Counted from the first letter of the stretch, positions 43,301 to 54,788 are shown. The stretch is 64,000 nucleotides of DNA from an uncultured Solirubrobacteraceae bacterium (GCA_963782575.1 CAWAKI010000004.1:586746-650745); one strand, 5' to 3'. Made by a program: numbers and translations. Notes: generated by a model not told the origin, from the sequence alone.

Positions 43301-43660
43301 AGCGACAGGCTCGCGGGCGGCGCGACGATCGAGTCCCTGGTGCAGCGCGACTACGGCGTGCAGCGCCTGCTCTATGCGCTCGCGGTGCTGCGCGAGGGCG
43401 CGCTCGTAGTCGACGTCGTGCACTGGTTCCTGGAGAGGCCCGGCGGACCCGGGCTGGCACGCTTCACGCTCGCCGAGCGCCCGACGCTCGAGGAGCAGCT
43501 CGCGCGGCGGCTGGAAGCGCTGCGCCAGGCGCCGTTCGCGGTCAGCCCGAACCCCCACCGCGGCCTGTGCCTGACGTGCCCGGGCCGCGGAGGGCTGTGC
43601 TCGTGGGAGGAGGAGCAGACGCTGCGCGAGGATCCCGCCGAGGGTGCCGGAGGGCTGTAA
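40310..43660 (+). CDS. addA: AddA/UvrD-like ATP-dependent helicase-nuclease subunit (start may be 40339)
   Basis: AAGSGKT, TFTERAA, VDEFQD, QSIYGFR, MTIHAAKGLEF, YVALTRA; nuclease GVFD..VDYKS. Confidence 0.9.
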   Translation: MERRPIPSLAMEQLSIDIDALLGVSPRAGAAGPALTDEQREAVGVRDRPILLSAAAGSGKTSVLVERFVEAVCADGVPPTAVLAITFTERAAGELGSRVRERLLGLGEREAARDTEAAFIGTFHGFCARLLRAHPLPAGLDPDFAILDAARAGWLRRRAYEDALGGFLAADPAGVDLLAAYGIDRARKVVEDLYGELRSRGQRRPRLPVRAAPPGAERDEADALAAVALFDRLLDEFGARYEHLKAERLAVDFDDLELIAGELLASNAAVRESWSERFELLMVDEFQDTNARQLAILRALERENLFTVGDELQSIYGFRHADVSLFRERRAELAATGGALALRRNFRSRAGVLDAVNVVFAERFEDFSSLLAGRQDALAPVPGPAVEVLLTDATDDWKEHPAAAAIAAGLPYTRTFARAAEARLLAQRVRELVDAGEARAGDVTVLLRASGDIETFERALQLEGLRTLATVGTFWERQQITDLHSYLRALANPRDEEALYGVLASPLAGLSRDGLALLAIASAGRPVGVWETASALASEQPGELGEADRARLAWFCGWFEPERAGAGGRGISELLERAISSSGYLRHVLALDWPERRLANVHKLLRLAHAFETSEGRDLRAFVDHVEELKRAGGTEPDAPVEDVEPDTVRLMTIHAAKGLEFPVVCVADLGRKRPSPDDRLFVDGERVGLRLWRPGEGEGTKALDFEELRAERRARERQEESRVFYVALTRARERLLLSGTVDFRSWPSESDTSPPITWLGPALCPQLPELTAAGSGSHTVSVGMGTQARITLSDPAGWGIVLREPPAAGGSAAPAQAGAAVDGVVEAGGDGAQGASRPGPAAPEAGLPQTLSYTSLSLLERCGYRYYLERVLRMPEQAAEGAAGGEGLEARARGILVHRLLEQHDFAAPGGPNEELVAAAAGELGLETSARERAELAALLGGALRAPIAARIAGARRLRREHPFAFGLGEGAPLVTGVFDLLCDEADGTTLLVDYKSDRLAGGATIESLVQRDYGVQRLLYALAVLREGALVVDVVHWFLERPGGPGLARFTLAERPTLEEQLARRLEALRQAPFAVSPNPHRGLCLTCPGRGGLCSWEEEQTLREDPAEGAGGL

Positions 43661-43662
43661 AA

Positions 43663-43687
43663 GGCCTCCACAAGGGGCCATTTTTTT
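43663..43687 (+). terminator. Intrinsic terminator after addA
   Basis: GGCCTC-CACAA-GGGGCC hairpin followed by ATTTTTTT. Confidence 0.7.
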
Positions 43688-43817
43688 CGCGCCCGCGGAC
43701 CTATTTATGGCCGCCGCGCGCTGATACCCTTTTCGCTCCGCCTCAGGTGCCCGCCTGCCCGCAGTGCGCCCAACAGGGGTTGTGCCATACGGGAAAGCAC
43801 CCCAACGGAGCACTCCC

Positions 43818-46800
43818 ATGCCCATGTACAGCAAACAGCCTCCACAGGCCGTCGGTCTCTACGACCCCCGCTTCGAGCACGACGCGTGCGGCGTCGGCAT
43901 GGTCGCGCGGCTGGACAACCAGCCGACCCACGAGGTGATCGAGAAGGCGATCACCGCGCTCGAGAACCTGGAGCACCGCGGCGCCTCGGGCGCGGACCCG
44001 ACGACCGGCGACGGCGCCGGGATCCTGATGCAGATGCCCGACGAGCTGCTGCGCGCGGTGGTCGAGTTCGAGCTCCCGCCGCCCGGCCGCTACGGCGTGC
44101 TGATGTGCTTCCTGCCGACCGACGAGGCGGCGCGCCGGACGCTCGAAGAGCTGCTCGAGCGGACGGTCGAGCAGGAGGGCCAGCAGCTGCTCGGCTGGCG
44201 CGACGTGCCGGTCTGCGAGGAGCACACCGGGCGTGTTGCGGCCGAATGCCGCCCGGTGATCCGCCAGCTGTTCGTAGGCGCCGGCGAGGCGCAGGCATCG
44301 GACCAGGATGCATTCGAGCGCAAGCTGTACGTGATCCGGCGCACCTCGGAGCTGAACGCGCCCCTCCCCGGCCTGTACGTCGCCTCGAGCTCCTCGCGCA
44401 CCGTCAACTACAAGGGCATGCTGATCAGCTTCCAGCTGGCCGCCTTCTACTCCGACCTGCGAGACGACCGCTGCAAGAGCGCGCTCGCGCTCGTGCACTC
44501 GCGCTTCTCGACCAACACGTTCCCGAGCTGGGAGCTCGCCCACCCCTACCGGGTGATCTGCCACAACGGCGAGATCAACACCGTGATGGGCAACGTCAAC
44601 TGGATGCGCGCACGCGAGAGCGAGCTGCGCAGCGAGCTGTTCGGCGAGGACCTGCCGAAGATCCTGCCGGTCGTCTCGGCCGGCAACTCGGACTCGGCGA
44701 CGTTCGACAACGTGCTCGAGCTGCTGATGCTCGCGCGGGCGCTCACTGCCACACGCGGCGATGATGATGATCCCGGAGGCCTACCGGAACCGCGACGACC
44801 TGCCCGACTACCTGAAGGGCTTCTACGCGTTCCACTCGTGCCTGATGGAGCCCTGGGACGGGCCCGCGTCGGTCGCCTTCACCGACGGCCGCGTGGTCGG
44901 CGCCACGCTCGACCGCAACGGCTTGCGGCCCGGGCGCTGGGTCGAGACCACCGACGGCTACGTCGTGCTCGGCTCGGAGTCGGGCCTGCTCGACATCCCG
45001 CCCGAGCAGGTGCGCCAGGCTCGGGCGGCTGCAGCCCGGCAAGCTGTTCCTGGTCGACCTCGAGCGCGGGCGCATCGTCGAGGACGAGGAGGTCAAGCGC
45101 GAGGTCGCGACCGCCGAGCCCTACGGCGAGTGGTTCCAGCGCAACGCGGTGCCGTTCGCCTGTTGCCGCCCTCCAGCGAAGTCACGCTCTCAGATCAGCC
45201 GCTGCGCCTGCGCCAGCGAGCGTTCGGCTACAGCCAGGAGGACCTGCGGGTGCTGCTCGCACCGATGGCGATCGACGCGGCCGAGCCCGTCGGCTCGATG
45301 GGCAACGACATCTCGCTCGCCGTGCTCTCAGATCAGGCGCCGCCGCTCTTCTCCTACTTCAAGCAGCTGTTCGCGCAGGTCACAAACCCGCCGATCGACC
45401 CGATCCGCGAGGAGATCGTGATGAGCCTCGCGACCTCCCTCGGCAACGAGCGCAACCTGTTCGACGAGACGCCCGAGCACGCGCACAAGCTGCTGCTCGA
45501 CCAGCCGATCCTGCTCAATCGCGAGCTCGAGACGCTTCGTCACGTCGATCACGAGGTCTACACGGCGCGCACGATCGACACGACCTGGCTGGTCGCAGAA
45601 GGGGCCCGCCGGGATGGCCGAGGCGATCGAGCGCATCTGCCGCCAGGCGCACGAGGCGATCGACGAAGGCTGCAACATCCTGGTCCTCTCCGACCGGCTG
45701 CTCGGGCCGCGGCGCGTCCCGATCCCGTCGTTGCTCGCCCTCGCCGCCGTGCACCACCACCTCGTGCTCGAGGGCACGCGGCTGCGGGCCGGGATCATCG
45801 TCGAGTCCGGCGAGCCGCGCGAGGTGCACCACTTCGCGACGCTGATCGGCTACGGCGCCTAGCGCGATCAACCCCTACCTGCTGCTCGAGACGCTCGACG
45901 AGCTCGTGGTCGAAGGGCGGATCGTGCGCGCCGGCAAGGACGGCTCGCCAGCAGCGGATCGGCGCCGAGGAGGCGGCCCAGAACCTCGTCAAAGCGATCG
46001 GCAAAGGGCTGCTCAAGACGATCTCGAAGATGGGCATCTCGACGATCCAGTCCTACCGCGGCGCGCAGATCTTCGAGGCGGTCGGGCTCGAGCGCGAGCT
46101 GATCGACAAGTACTTCACCGGCACCGCCTCGCGGATCGGCGGCGTCGGTCTCGAGGTGCTGGCGACCGAGGCGCTCGAGCGCCACGCCCGAGCCTATCCC
46201 GCCCTCGCGCGCCCCGGTCGACCCGCTGCTGCCGGTCGGCGGCGTGTACGCATGGCGCCGCGACGGCGAGCACCACATGTGGAACCCCGAGACGATCGCG
46301 CTCGTGCAGCACGCCGTGCGCTCGGCCAACGGCGACGTCGCAGCCGCGCTCGGCGGCGACACGGGCGCGCTCGATGAGGTGCGCGAGAGCCCGGCGATGA
46401 GCCAAGTACCGCGAGTACGCGCGTGCCGTCAACGAGGACGCCGCGCGGCAGCGCGACGCTGCGCGGGCTGCTCGAGATCGGCACCGGCGCGGGCGGCACC
46501 GAGACCGAGGCGATCCCGCTCGAGGAGGTCGAGCCCGCGAGCGCGATCGTGCGGCGCTTCTGCACCGGCGCGATGAGCCTCGGGTCGATCTCGCGCGAGG
46601 CCCACGAGACGCTCGCGATCGCGATGAACCGCCTCGGCGGGCGCTCGAACACCGGCGAGGGCGGCGAGGACCCGGTGCGCTTCCAGCCCGACGCCAACGG
46701 CGACCGGCGCCGCTCGGCGATCAAGCAGGTCGCCTCGGGCCGCTTCGGCGTCACGATCCACTACCTGGTCAATGCCGATGAGCTGCAGATCAAGATGGCC

Positions 46801-48572
46801 CAGGGGGCGAAGCCCGGCGAGGGCGGCCAGCTGCCGGGCCACAAGGTCGACGAGTACATCGGCTCGATCCGCCACACGACGCCGGGCGTCGGGCTGATCT
46901 CGCCGCCGCCCGCACCACGACATCTACTCGATCGAGGACCTCAAGCAGCTGATCTACGACCTGCGCTGCGCCAACCCGCAGGCCCAGGTGTCGGTCAAGC
47001 TCGTCTCGGAGGTCGGCGTCGGCACGGTCGCTGCGGGCGTCTCCAAGGCCAATGCCGATCGAGTGCTGATCGCCGGCCACGACGGCGGGACCGGCGCCTC
47101 GCCGCTGTCCTCTATCCAGGCCGCCGGCGTGCCGTGGGAGATCGGCCTTGCCGAGACGCAGCAGACGCTGCTGCTCAACGACCTGCGCTCGCGGATCGTC
47201 GTGCAGACCGACGGGCAGCTGAAGACCGGCCGCGACGTCGTGATCGCCGCGATGCTCGGCGCCGACGAGATGGGCTTCTCGACCGCTCCGCTGATCGCGA
47301 CCGGCTGCATCATGATGCGCGCCTGCCACCTCAACACCTGCCCGGTCGGGATCGCCACGCAGGACCCCGAGCTGCGCCGGCGCTTCAAGGGCACGCCCGA
47401 GCACGTCGTCAACTTCTTCTTCTTCATCGCCGAGGAAGTGCGCGAGATCCTCGCCTCGCTCGGGCTGCGCACGCTCGACGAGGCGATCGGCCGTGTCGAC
47501 CTGCTCGGCGTCAGCCGCGCGATCGACCACTGGAAGGCGCGCGGCGTCGACCTGACCCACCTGCTGACGCACATCGAACTGCCCGCGGCGCCCCGCGTCA
47601 CCGCGTCGAACCGCCGCCGCAGGTGCTCGAGGACGCGCTCGACTGGGAGCTCGTGCGAGCGCGCCGAGCCGGCGATCGAGCGCGGCGAGCAGGTGTCGCG
47701 CTGACGCTGCCGATCCGCAACCGCAACCGCTGCGTCGGCGGCATCCTCTCGAGCCACATCGCCGCGCGCCACGGCGCGGAGGGGCTGCCGCAGGGCTCGG
47801 TCGACGTCGACTTCGAGGGCTCGGCCGGCCAGAGCTTCGGCGGCTGGCTGGCGCCCGGCGTCACCTTCACGCTCTACGGCGACGCGCAGGACTACACCGG
47901 CAAGGGGCTCTCCGGCGGGGTCGTCGCGATCCGCCCGCGCGAGGGCATGGGCGAGCACTTCGTCGCCGAGGAGAACGTGATCGTCGGCAACACCGTGCTC
48001 TACGGGGCGACCGCCGGCCGCGCGTTCTTCCGCGGGCTCGCCGGCGAGCGCTTCGCCGTGCGCAACTCGGGCGCCTGCGGCGGTCGTCGAGGGGGTCGGC
48101 GACCACGGCTGCGAGTACATGACCGGCGGGCGCGTGGTCGTGCTCGGGCCGACCGGGCGCAACTTCGCCGCCGGCATGAGCGGCGGCGTGGCCTACGTGC
48201 TCGACGAGCAGGGCGCGTTCCCGGCGCGCTGCAACATGGGCATGGTCGGCTTCGAAGAGCTCGTCGGCCGCCGACGAGATCGAGCTGCGCGCGCTGGTCG
48301 AAGAGCACCGTGCGCGCACCGGCTCGCCGGTCGCCGCGCGCGTGCTCGGCGAGTGGGAGCGACTGCTCGCGCCGGCGCGTTCGTGAAGGTGATGCCGCAC
48401 GACTACAAGCGCGTGCTGCGCGAACGGGCCGAGGAAGAGGCCGCCGCGCTCGCCCGCGAAGCGGCACGTTCCCGGCGGGCGCTCGCTGGAGGCGACGGAC
48501 CGGGAGACGCCGCTCCGCTCGCGTCCCGAACCCGCCAGCGGGGCGCCCACGGCCCGGGGGCCGGGTCGCCTG

Positions 48573-48573
<1 letters not shown>
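43818..48573 (+). CDS. gltB: Glutamate synthase large subunit (many frameshifts)
   Basis: [61 protein letters not shown] domain. Confidence 0.96.
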
Positions 48574-50138
<1,565 letters not shown>

Positions 50139-50142
<4 letters not shown>

Positions 50143-50924
50143 CGCCCGGCGCGCGCGCCGTCTGCGCGCGCTACATCCGCCGGCGCGTCCTGCGGCGTGC
50201 CGGCCAGCAGCGCCCGGCGCAGGATCATCTCCAGGGCCCCGCTCTCGCGCAGCGCTTTTGCGATGTGGTGACCGCCGCGGCCGAAGCGGTAGAGCCGCGT
50301 GCCGGGAACCCCGCCGATCCGTTCGGCGTGCAGCCGGTCCACGCGATATCCCTCGTCGAAGTACACCTCGTAGCGCGTGTGGCCGTTCGCCACGCGGGGC
50401 AGCGCCTCGCCCAGGTCGAGCCAGCGCTCCTCGAGCGCGTTCGCCGCGCGCAGCTCGCCGAGCCGGCGGTCCCAGTTGTGGTCGTTCATCTCGCCCAGCA
50501 CGTCGAGGTCGACGACCGTCTGCGGCGCGAAGCAGAGCGCGACGTCCGCGCGCAGCAGCGTCCCGAAGATGAGCGCCGCGTAGCCGCCCATCGAGTTCCC
50601 CGTCACGACCAGCCGCTCGACGTCGTGGCGCGCGATCAGCCGGCCCAGTGAGTCGCCGACGGCCTCGATCGAGCGCCCGTGGCCGATGATCCCGAGGTGG
50701 TACCAGGCCTGACGCGGGTCGCGCACGAACAGCCGTTTCACGGGCAGCCCGCCGGTCGCTCCGAAGAACTCGAACGGCGGCATCCCGACCTCCTGCGCGA
50801 GGCCGCCGAACGCCACCAGCAGCGTGCTCGAGTCGGCGCTCATGTCGAGGCTCAGCCCGCGTTTGAAGAGCCGGCGGGCGAGCCGCAGGCGCCGCGCGAT
50901 GCTCATGCCGCTCCTCTGCGCCAT
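50139..50924 (-). CDS. Alpha/beta hydrolase fold protein
   Basis: LVAFGG, GNSMGG nucleophile elbow, GGHHIA; ATG at 50924. Confidence 0.75.
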
Positions 50925-51011
50925 CGGCGCCAGAGTGTACGCGCCGCTGCTTGACGCGGCCAAGGGGACGGGTCGGCGTCTGCCGGGAGCCGCCAAGATA
51001 CATTTACCCCT

Positions 51012-52433
51012 GTGAGCGGATCGAGCAACGGGGCCGGCGCGCCCGCGGGCGGGCGGCCGGCGCCGGGCGAGCGTGCTCTGCCGCGCACCTGCCTGATCGG
51101 CGCGGGCTCCTCCGGGATCGCCGCCGCCAAGGCGCTGCACGAGCGCGGGATCCCGTTCGACTGCTTCGAGAAGTCCGACCGCGTCGGCGGCAACTGGGTG
51201 TTCGAAAACAAGAACGGGATGTCCGCCGCCTACCGCGACCTGTTCATCAACACCTCGCGGCCGCGCATGGAGTACTCGGACCTCCCGATGCCGTCCTGTT
51301 ACCCGGACTTCCCGCACCACTCCCAGATCGCCGCCTACTTCGAGCAGTACGTCGACCACTTCGGCTTCCGTGACCGGATCACCTTCGAGACCGCCGTGCA
51401 GCGCGCCGTCCGCGAGCCGGACGGCAGCTGGACCGTCGAGCTCGAGGGCGGCGAGCGGCGCAGCTACGAAGCGCTGCTCGTGGCCAACGGGCACCATTGG
51501 GACCCGCGCTGGCCGGAACCGGCCTTCCCGGGGAGCGACGGGTTCTCCGGCGTGCAGATGCACGCCCACTCCTACATCGACAACTCGAGCTTCGCCGGAA
51601 AGCGGGTGGTGGTGCTCGGGATGGGGAACTCCGCGATGGACATCGCCGTCGAGTCCTCCTACGTCGCCGAGCGCACCTACCTGGCCGCCCGCCAGGGCGT
51701 CTGGATCGTCCCGAAGTACGTGTTCGGCAAACCGGTCGACCAGATCCGTAACGACCCGCGGGTCCCGTTCAAGGTGCGCCAGCGGATGGTGCAGCGGATC
51801 ATCACCAGCTACTCGGGGCCGCCCGAGCGCTACGGGCTGCCGAAGCCGAACCACCGCTTCGGCGAGGCGCACCCGACCGTCTCGGGGCGGATCCTCGATC
51901 GCATCCAGCACGGCACGATCACGCCGAAGCCCAACATCGCCTCGCTCGGAGTGGACACCGTGCGCTTCGAGGACGGAACCGAGGTCGAGGCCGACGTGGT
52001 CGTCTACTGCACCGGGTACAAGATCACCTTCCCGTTCTTCGACGAGCACCTGATCTCGGCCCCCGACAACCGCATCGAGCTGTTCCGGCGCGTCTTTCAC
52101 GCGGAGCTCCCGAACGTCGTGTTCATCGGGCTGCTGCAGCCGCTCGGCGCGATCATGCCGCTCGCCGAGGCGCAGGGAGCCTGGGTCGGGGACTACCTGT
52201 GCGGCGACTACGCGCTGCCCGAGCAGGACGAGATGCGCGCCGACATCGCCGCCGACCAGGAGGCGATGCGCAGACGCTACGTCGCCTCCAAGCGGCACAC
52301 GATCCAGGTCGACTTCGACGACTACCTCCACGCCCTGGGCAAGGAGCGCCGCGCTGGAGCGGCCCGCGCCCGTGCCCGCGGCTACCTTCCCCCGGCGCTA
52401 TGCCGACCTTCTGCCGCCACAATCGCTTCATAG
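51012..52433 (+). CDS. Flavin-containing monooxygenase (FMO/class B)
   Basis: IGAGSSG, GGNW, FSGVQMHAHSY (FxGxxxHxxxY), GMGNSA, YCTGY. Confidence 0.92.
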   Translation: MSGSSNGAGAPAGGRPAPGERALPRTCLIGAGSSGIAAAKALHERGIPFDCFEKSDRVGGNWVFENKNGMSAAYRDLFINTSRPRMEYSDLPMPSCYPDFPHHSQIAAYFEQYVDHFGFRDRITFETAVQRAVREPDGSWTVELEGGERRSYEALLVANGHHWDPRWPEPAFPGSDGFSGVQMHAHSYIDNSSFAGKRVVVLGMGNSAMDIAVESSYVAERTYLAARQGVWIVPKYVFGKPVDQIRNDPRVPFKVRQRMVQRIITSYSGPPERYGLPKPNHRFGEAHPTVSGRILDRIQHGTITPKPNIASLGVDTVRFEDGTEVEADVVVYCTGYKITFPFFDEHLISAPDNRIELFRRVFHAELPNVVFIGLLQPLGAIMPLAEAQGAWVGDYLCGDYALPEQDEMRADIAADQEAMRRRYVASKRHTIQVDFDDYLHALGKERRAGAARARARGYLPPALCRPSAATIAS

Positions 52434-53440
52434 AGCGCTGCCCGATCTGCCGCAAGACGCTGCCCGGCGGCGAGCCGGCGGCCGGCGCTCAGAGCAGGCG
52501 CGCGAGCGGAGCGGGCGGGGTGCGCGGCACCGCTGAGGCACCGCGCCGCCCCCGCGCCGAAGGGGTTCGCGTCAGGCACGAGGGCCGCACGGCCGAGGAC
52601 GGCTACCGCAACGCCCTGGCGCCGGGCCTGCGCGCATCCGGCGACGCCGAGCGTCTGGCGCAGGAGATCTCGTTCGCCAGCGGGCGGCTCGCCGCGCTCG
52701 CGATGGAGCCGCCCGGGCTCTACGGGCAGGCGCGCGGGCTCGGCGCCAGCGATCTCGAGCGCGCCACCTGGATCTGCTTCCTGCTCGCCTACCTGTGCCC
52801 GACAGAGGATCCGGATCCGTTCGCCAGCGTGGCCGCCGTGCTCGAGGCGGCCCCGGGTCCGTTCCAGATCGGCAGCGAGCTCGATCTCGACGCGGTGGCC
52901 CTCGGCCCACGCACCTCGCACGAGCACGGGCGAGGCACAGCCACGCTGCGCGCGTATGCCGACTGGGTGCGCCGCGGCGGCCGCTCGGCCGCCGGTCCGG
53001 CGGCGGGCGCCGGGGGCGCACCTGGGGCGCAGGAGCAGGCGTTCACCGGCGATGCCGGCTGGAGCCCGCAGCGGCGCTTCGAGCGGCTGTTCGAGCGCCT
53101 CGCGCTGCCCGGGCTCTCGCGCGGCGCGCGCTTCGAGCTGCTGGTCGTGCTCGGCCGCCTCGGTCTCTACGAGCTGGGGCCGGACTCGCTGCATCTGTCA
53201 TCTACGCGCGGCAGCGAGGACTCGACCACGGCGGCCGCCAAGCGCGTGTTCGGAATCGGCGACCCGCTGCTGCTCGAGCGTCGCGCCGACGGCCTCGCCG
53301 TGGCGGCGGCCGTGCCGCGCGAGTCGCTCGACCTCGCGCTCTACAACTGGGACGCGCCCGTCCGCGCCGACATGGGCTTCTCGCCGGAGCTGCGCGACGA
53401 GGCCGCCGACGCGCGTCTGGCGGCTGCGCTCGGGCTCTGA
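52400..53440 (+). CDS. Hypothetical protein: N-terminal CxH..CxxC zinc finger plus aGPT-pyrophosphorylase clade 3-like domain
   Basis: MPTFCRHNRFIERCPIC; ERATWICFL, GTATLRAYADWV, FERLFERL..LSRGARFELLVVLGRLGL, LDLALYNW. Confidence 0.65.
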   Translation: MPTFCRHNRFIERCPICRKTLPGGEPAAGAQSRRASGAGGVRGTAEAPRRPRAEGVRVRHEGRTAEDGYRNALAPGLRASGDAERLAQEISFASGRLAALAMEPPGLYGQARGLGASDLERATWICFLLAYLCPTEDPDPFASVAAVLEAAPGPFQIGSELDLDAVALGPRTSHEHGRGTATLRAYADWVRRGGRSAAGPAAGAGGAPGAQEQAFTGDAGWSPQRRFERLFERLALPGLSRGARFELLVVLGRLGLYELGPDSLHLSSTRGSEDSTTAAAKRVFGIGDPLLLERRADGLAVAAAVPRESLDLALYNWDAPVRADMGFSPELRDEAADARLAAALGL

Positions 53441-53577
53441 GGCGCGAGCGCTCCGGGACCGGCGGCGGGCGAGGCCGGAGGCGGGCTCTGCGGTCGCGGC
53501 CCGGGAGGCCGGAGATGCCGTCCACACCGGCACCTACAGTGGCGGGCACAACGTTCCCCCGGACCCGGAGCCGAACG

Positions 53578-54033
53578 ATGCCACTCTGCTTCATACAGCC
53601 CCAGGACGCGATTCGAGTCATCGCCGGGTCGGTCGGGCGGGAGGCCCGCCGGCAGCTGGTCGGAGAGGTGGTACGCGCATGGGTGGACGACATCCCCGAC
53701 CAGGAACTGTCGGTCCACTACGCGAAGGCGGTCGCGGACCTCGACGACGACGACCTGCACCTGCTGGCCGCCTGGCACGCGTCGCTCGAGGTCGGCCAGC
53801 CGATCCCGAACACGGAGTTCCTCGTCGGCGTCTTCCCGAGCCTCGGCGAGAACCGGCGCGAGGCGCTCAAGATCGCCGCCGGGTTCCGCGGCGAGGAAGC
53901 CTTCCAGGCCGGCGTCTCCGAGGACCAGGCGCTCGACACGGTGCTGCCGCGGCTCTCGCACGAGCGGGCGACGCAGCTCGCGGAAGAGTGCATTCAGCTG
54001 TACATGTGGGACCGCCTCGGCTGCGACAACTAG
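53578..54033 (+). CDS. Hypothetical protein (151 aa, acidic, helical)
   Basis: Intact ORF with host-like codon use; GGAG RBS upstream. Confidence 0.7.
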   Translation: MPLCFIQPQDAIRVIAGSVGREARRQLVGEVVRAWVDDIPDQELSVHYAKAVADLDDDDLHLLAAWHASLEVGQPIPNTEFLVGVFPSLGENRREALKIAAGFRGEEAFQAGVSEDQALDTVLPRLSHERATQLAEECIQLYMWDRLGCDN

Positions 54034-54038
54034 CGGGC

Positions 54039-54212
54039 CGATGGACGGCGTCAGGCGGCGTCCTCGCCGGCTCGCGTGCATAGCACGCCACGCCGGCTGC
54101 GTCCTTGCCTGACTTGTCCCTCGGCCCGCCAGTCGCCGCTCGGACGATGGAGGGCGTCAGGCGGCGTCAGGCGGCGTCCTCGCCGGCTCGCGTGCCTAGC
54201 ACGCCACGCCGG
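54039..54212. repeat. Two copies of a ~58-bp REP-like palindromic element
   Basis: CGATGGA.GGCGTCAGGCGGCGTCCTCGCCGGCTCGCGTGC.TAGCACGCCACGCCGG at 54039-54096 and 54145-54212 (second copy has a short internal duplication). Confidence 0.8.
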
Positions 54213-54220
54213 GTCGGGGA

Positions 54221-54736
54221 CTACGCGTGGGGCTTGCGCTCCGTACAGCCGTTCGCGCGTTCCCTCAGGAGCTCCAGCCAGTGGATCAGCTGCTCGCCGC
54301 TCATCGGGGACAGCGAGCGCACTTCGGCTTCCAGGGATTCGAGCTGGGCGCGGTGGCGTTCGAGGTTCACGAGCGCGTTTGCGGCCCCTGCGGAGCCGGC
54401 CTGGTGGCGGCGGATCTGTGCCAGAGCGGCTTGCACCACCGCGCGGCTTTCGCGTGCGCTCGCGATCACGGCGAGGCGGGGGTCCCGGTGGTGTTCGAAC
54501 ACGTCGACCCCGATCGCGATCAGCCGCTGGCGGGCCCGTTCGCAGATGCCTTCGACCGAGTTAGCGGCGGTTGCGCCCGAGTGCGCCGAGGCGCCGCCGG
54601 CCAGCGTCGTGTCGCCGGGCTGGACCGCAGGCGCGTCGTTGTCGGAGCTCTTGCCCTGCCCGCAGGACGCCAGTGCCAGCGCGCAGATCGCGATGGCGCA
54701 GAGGGCCCGGCCTCGTCGCGCGAGCGCGTCGTGCAC
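54221..54736 (-). CDS. Hypothetical lipoprotein
   Basis: Lipobox LALASC after a hydrophobic stretch. Confidence 0.55.
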   Translation of the reverse strand: MHDALARRGRALCAIAICALALASCGQGKSSDNDAPAVQPGDTTLAGGASAHSGATAANSVEGICERARQRLIAIGVDVFEHHRDPRLAVIASARESRAVVQAALAQIRRHQAGSAGAANALVNLERHRAQLESLEAEVRSLSPMSGEQLIHWLELLRERANGCTERKPHA

Positions 54737-54788
54737 GCGCCCCAAGCTACCCGAGGGCGCGGATCGGCAAGCCGCTAGGCTGGCGGCC

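Noticed and set aside
37396-43660. Cas4-like or anti-phage helicase-nuclease system
   Set aside because: Domain order and pairing match housekeeping AddAB/AdnAB, in a core-gene context
40772-43834. 1020-aa antisense ORF and many similar shadow ORFs
   Set aside because: Mirror frames of real genes caused by stop-codon scarcity at high GC; no motifs
50925-52331. N-terminal 469 aa of the 730-aa minus-strand ORF
   Set aside because: Antisense to the FMO gene; the hydrolase most plausibly starts at ATG 50924 after a TACACT -10 element
54039-54212. CRISPR array or IS terminal repeats
   Set aside because: Two long unequal copies, the intervening DNA is part of the hairpin, and there is no cas or transposase gene
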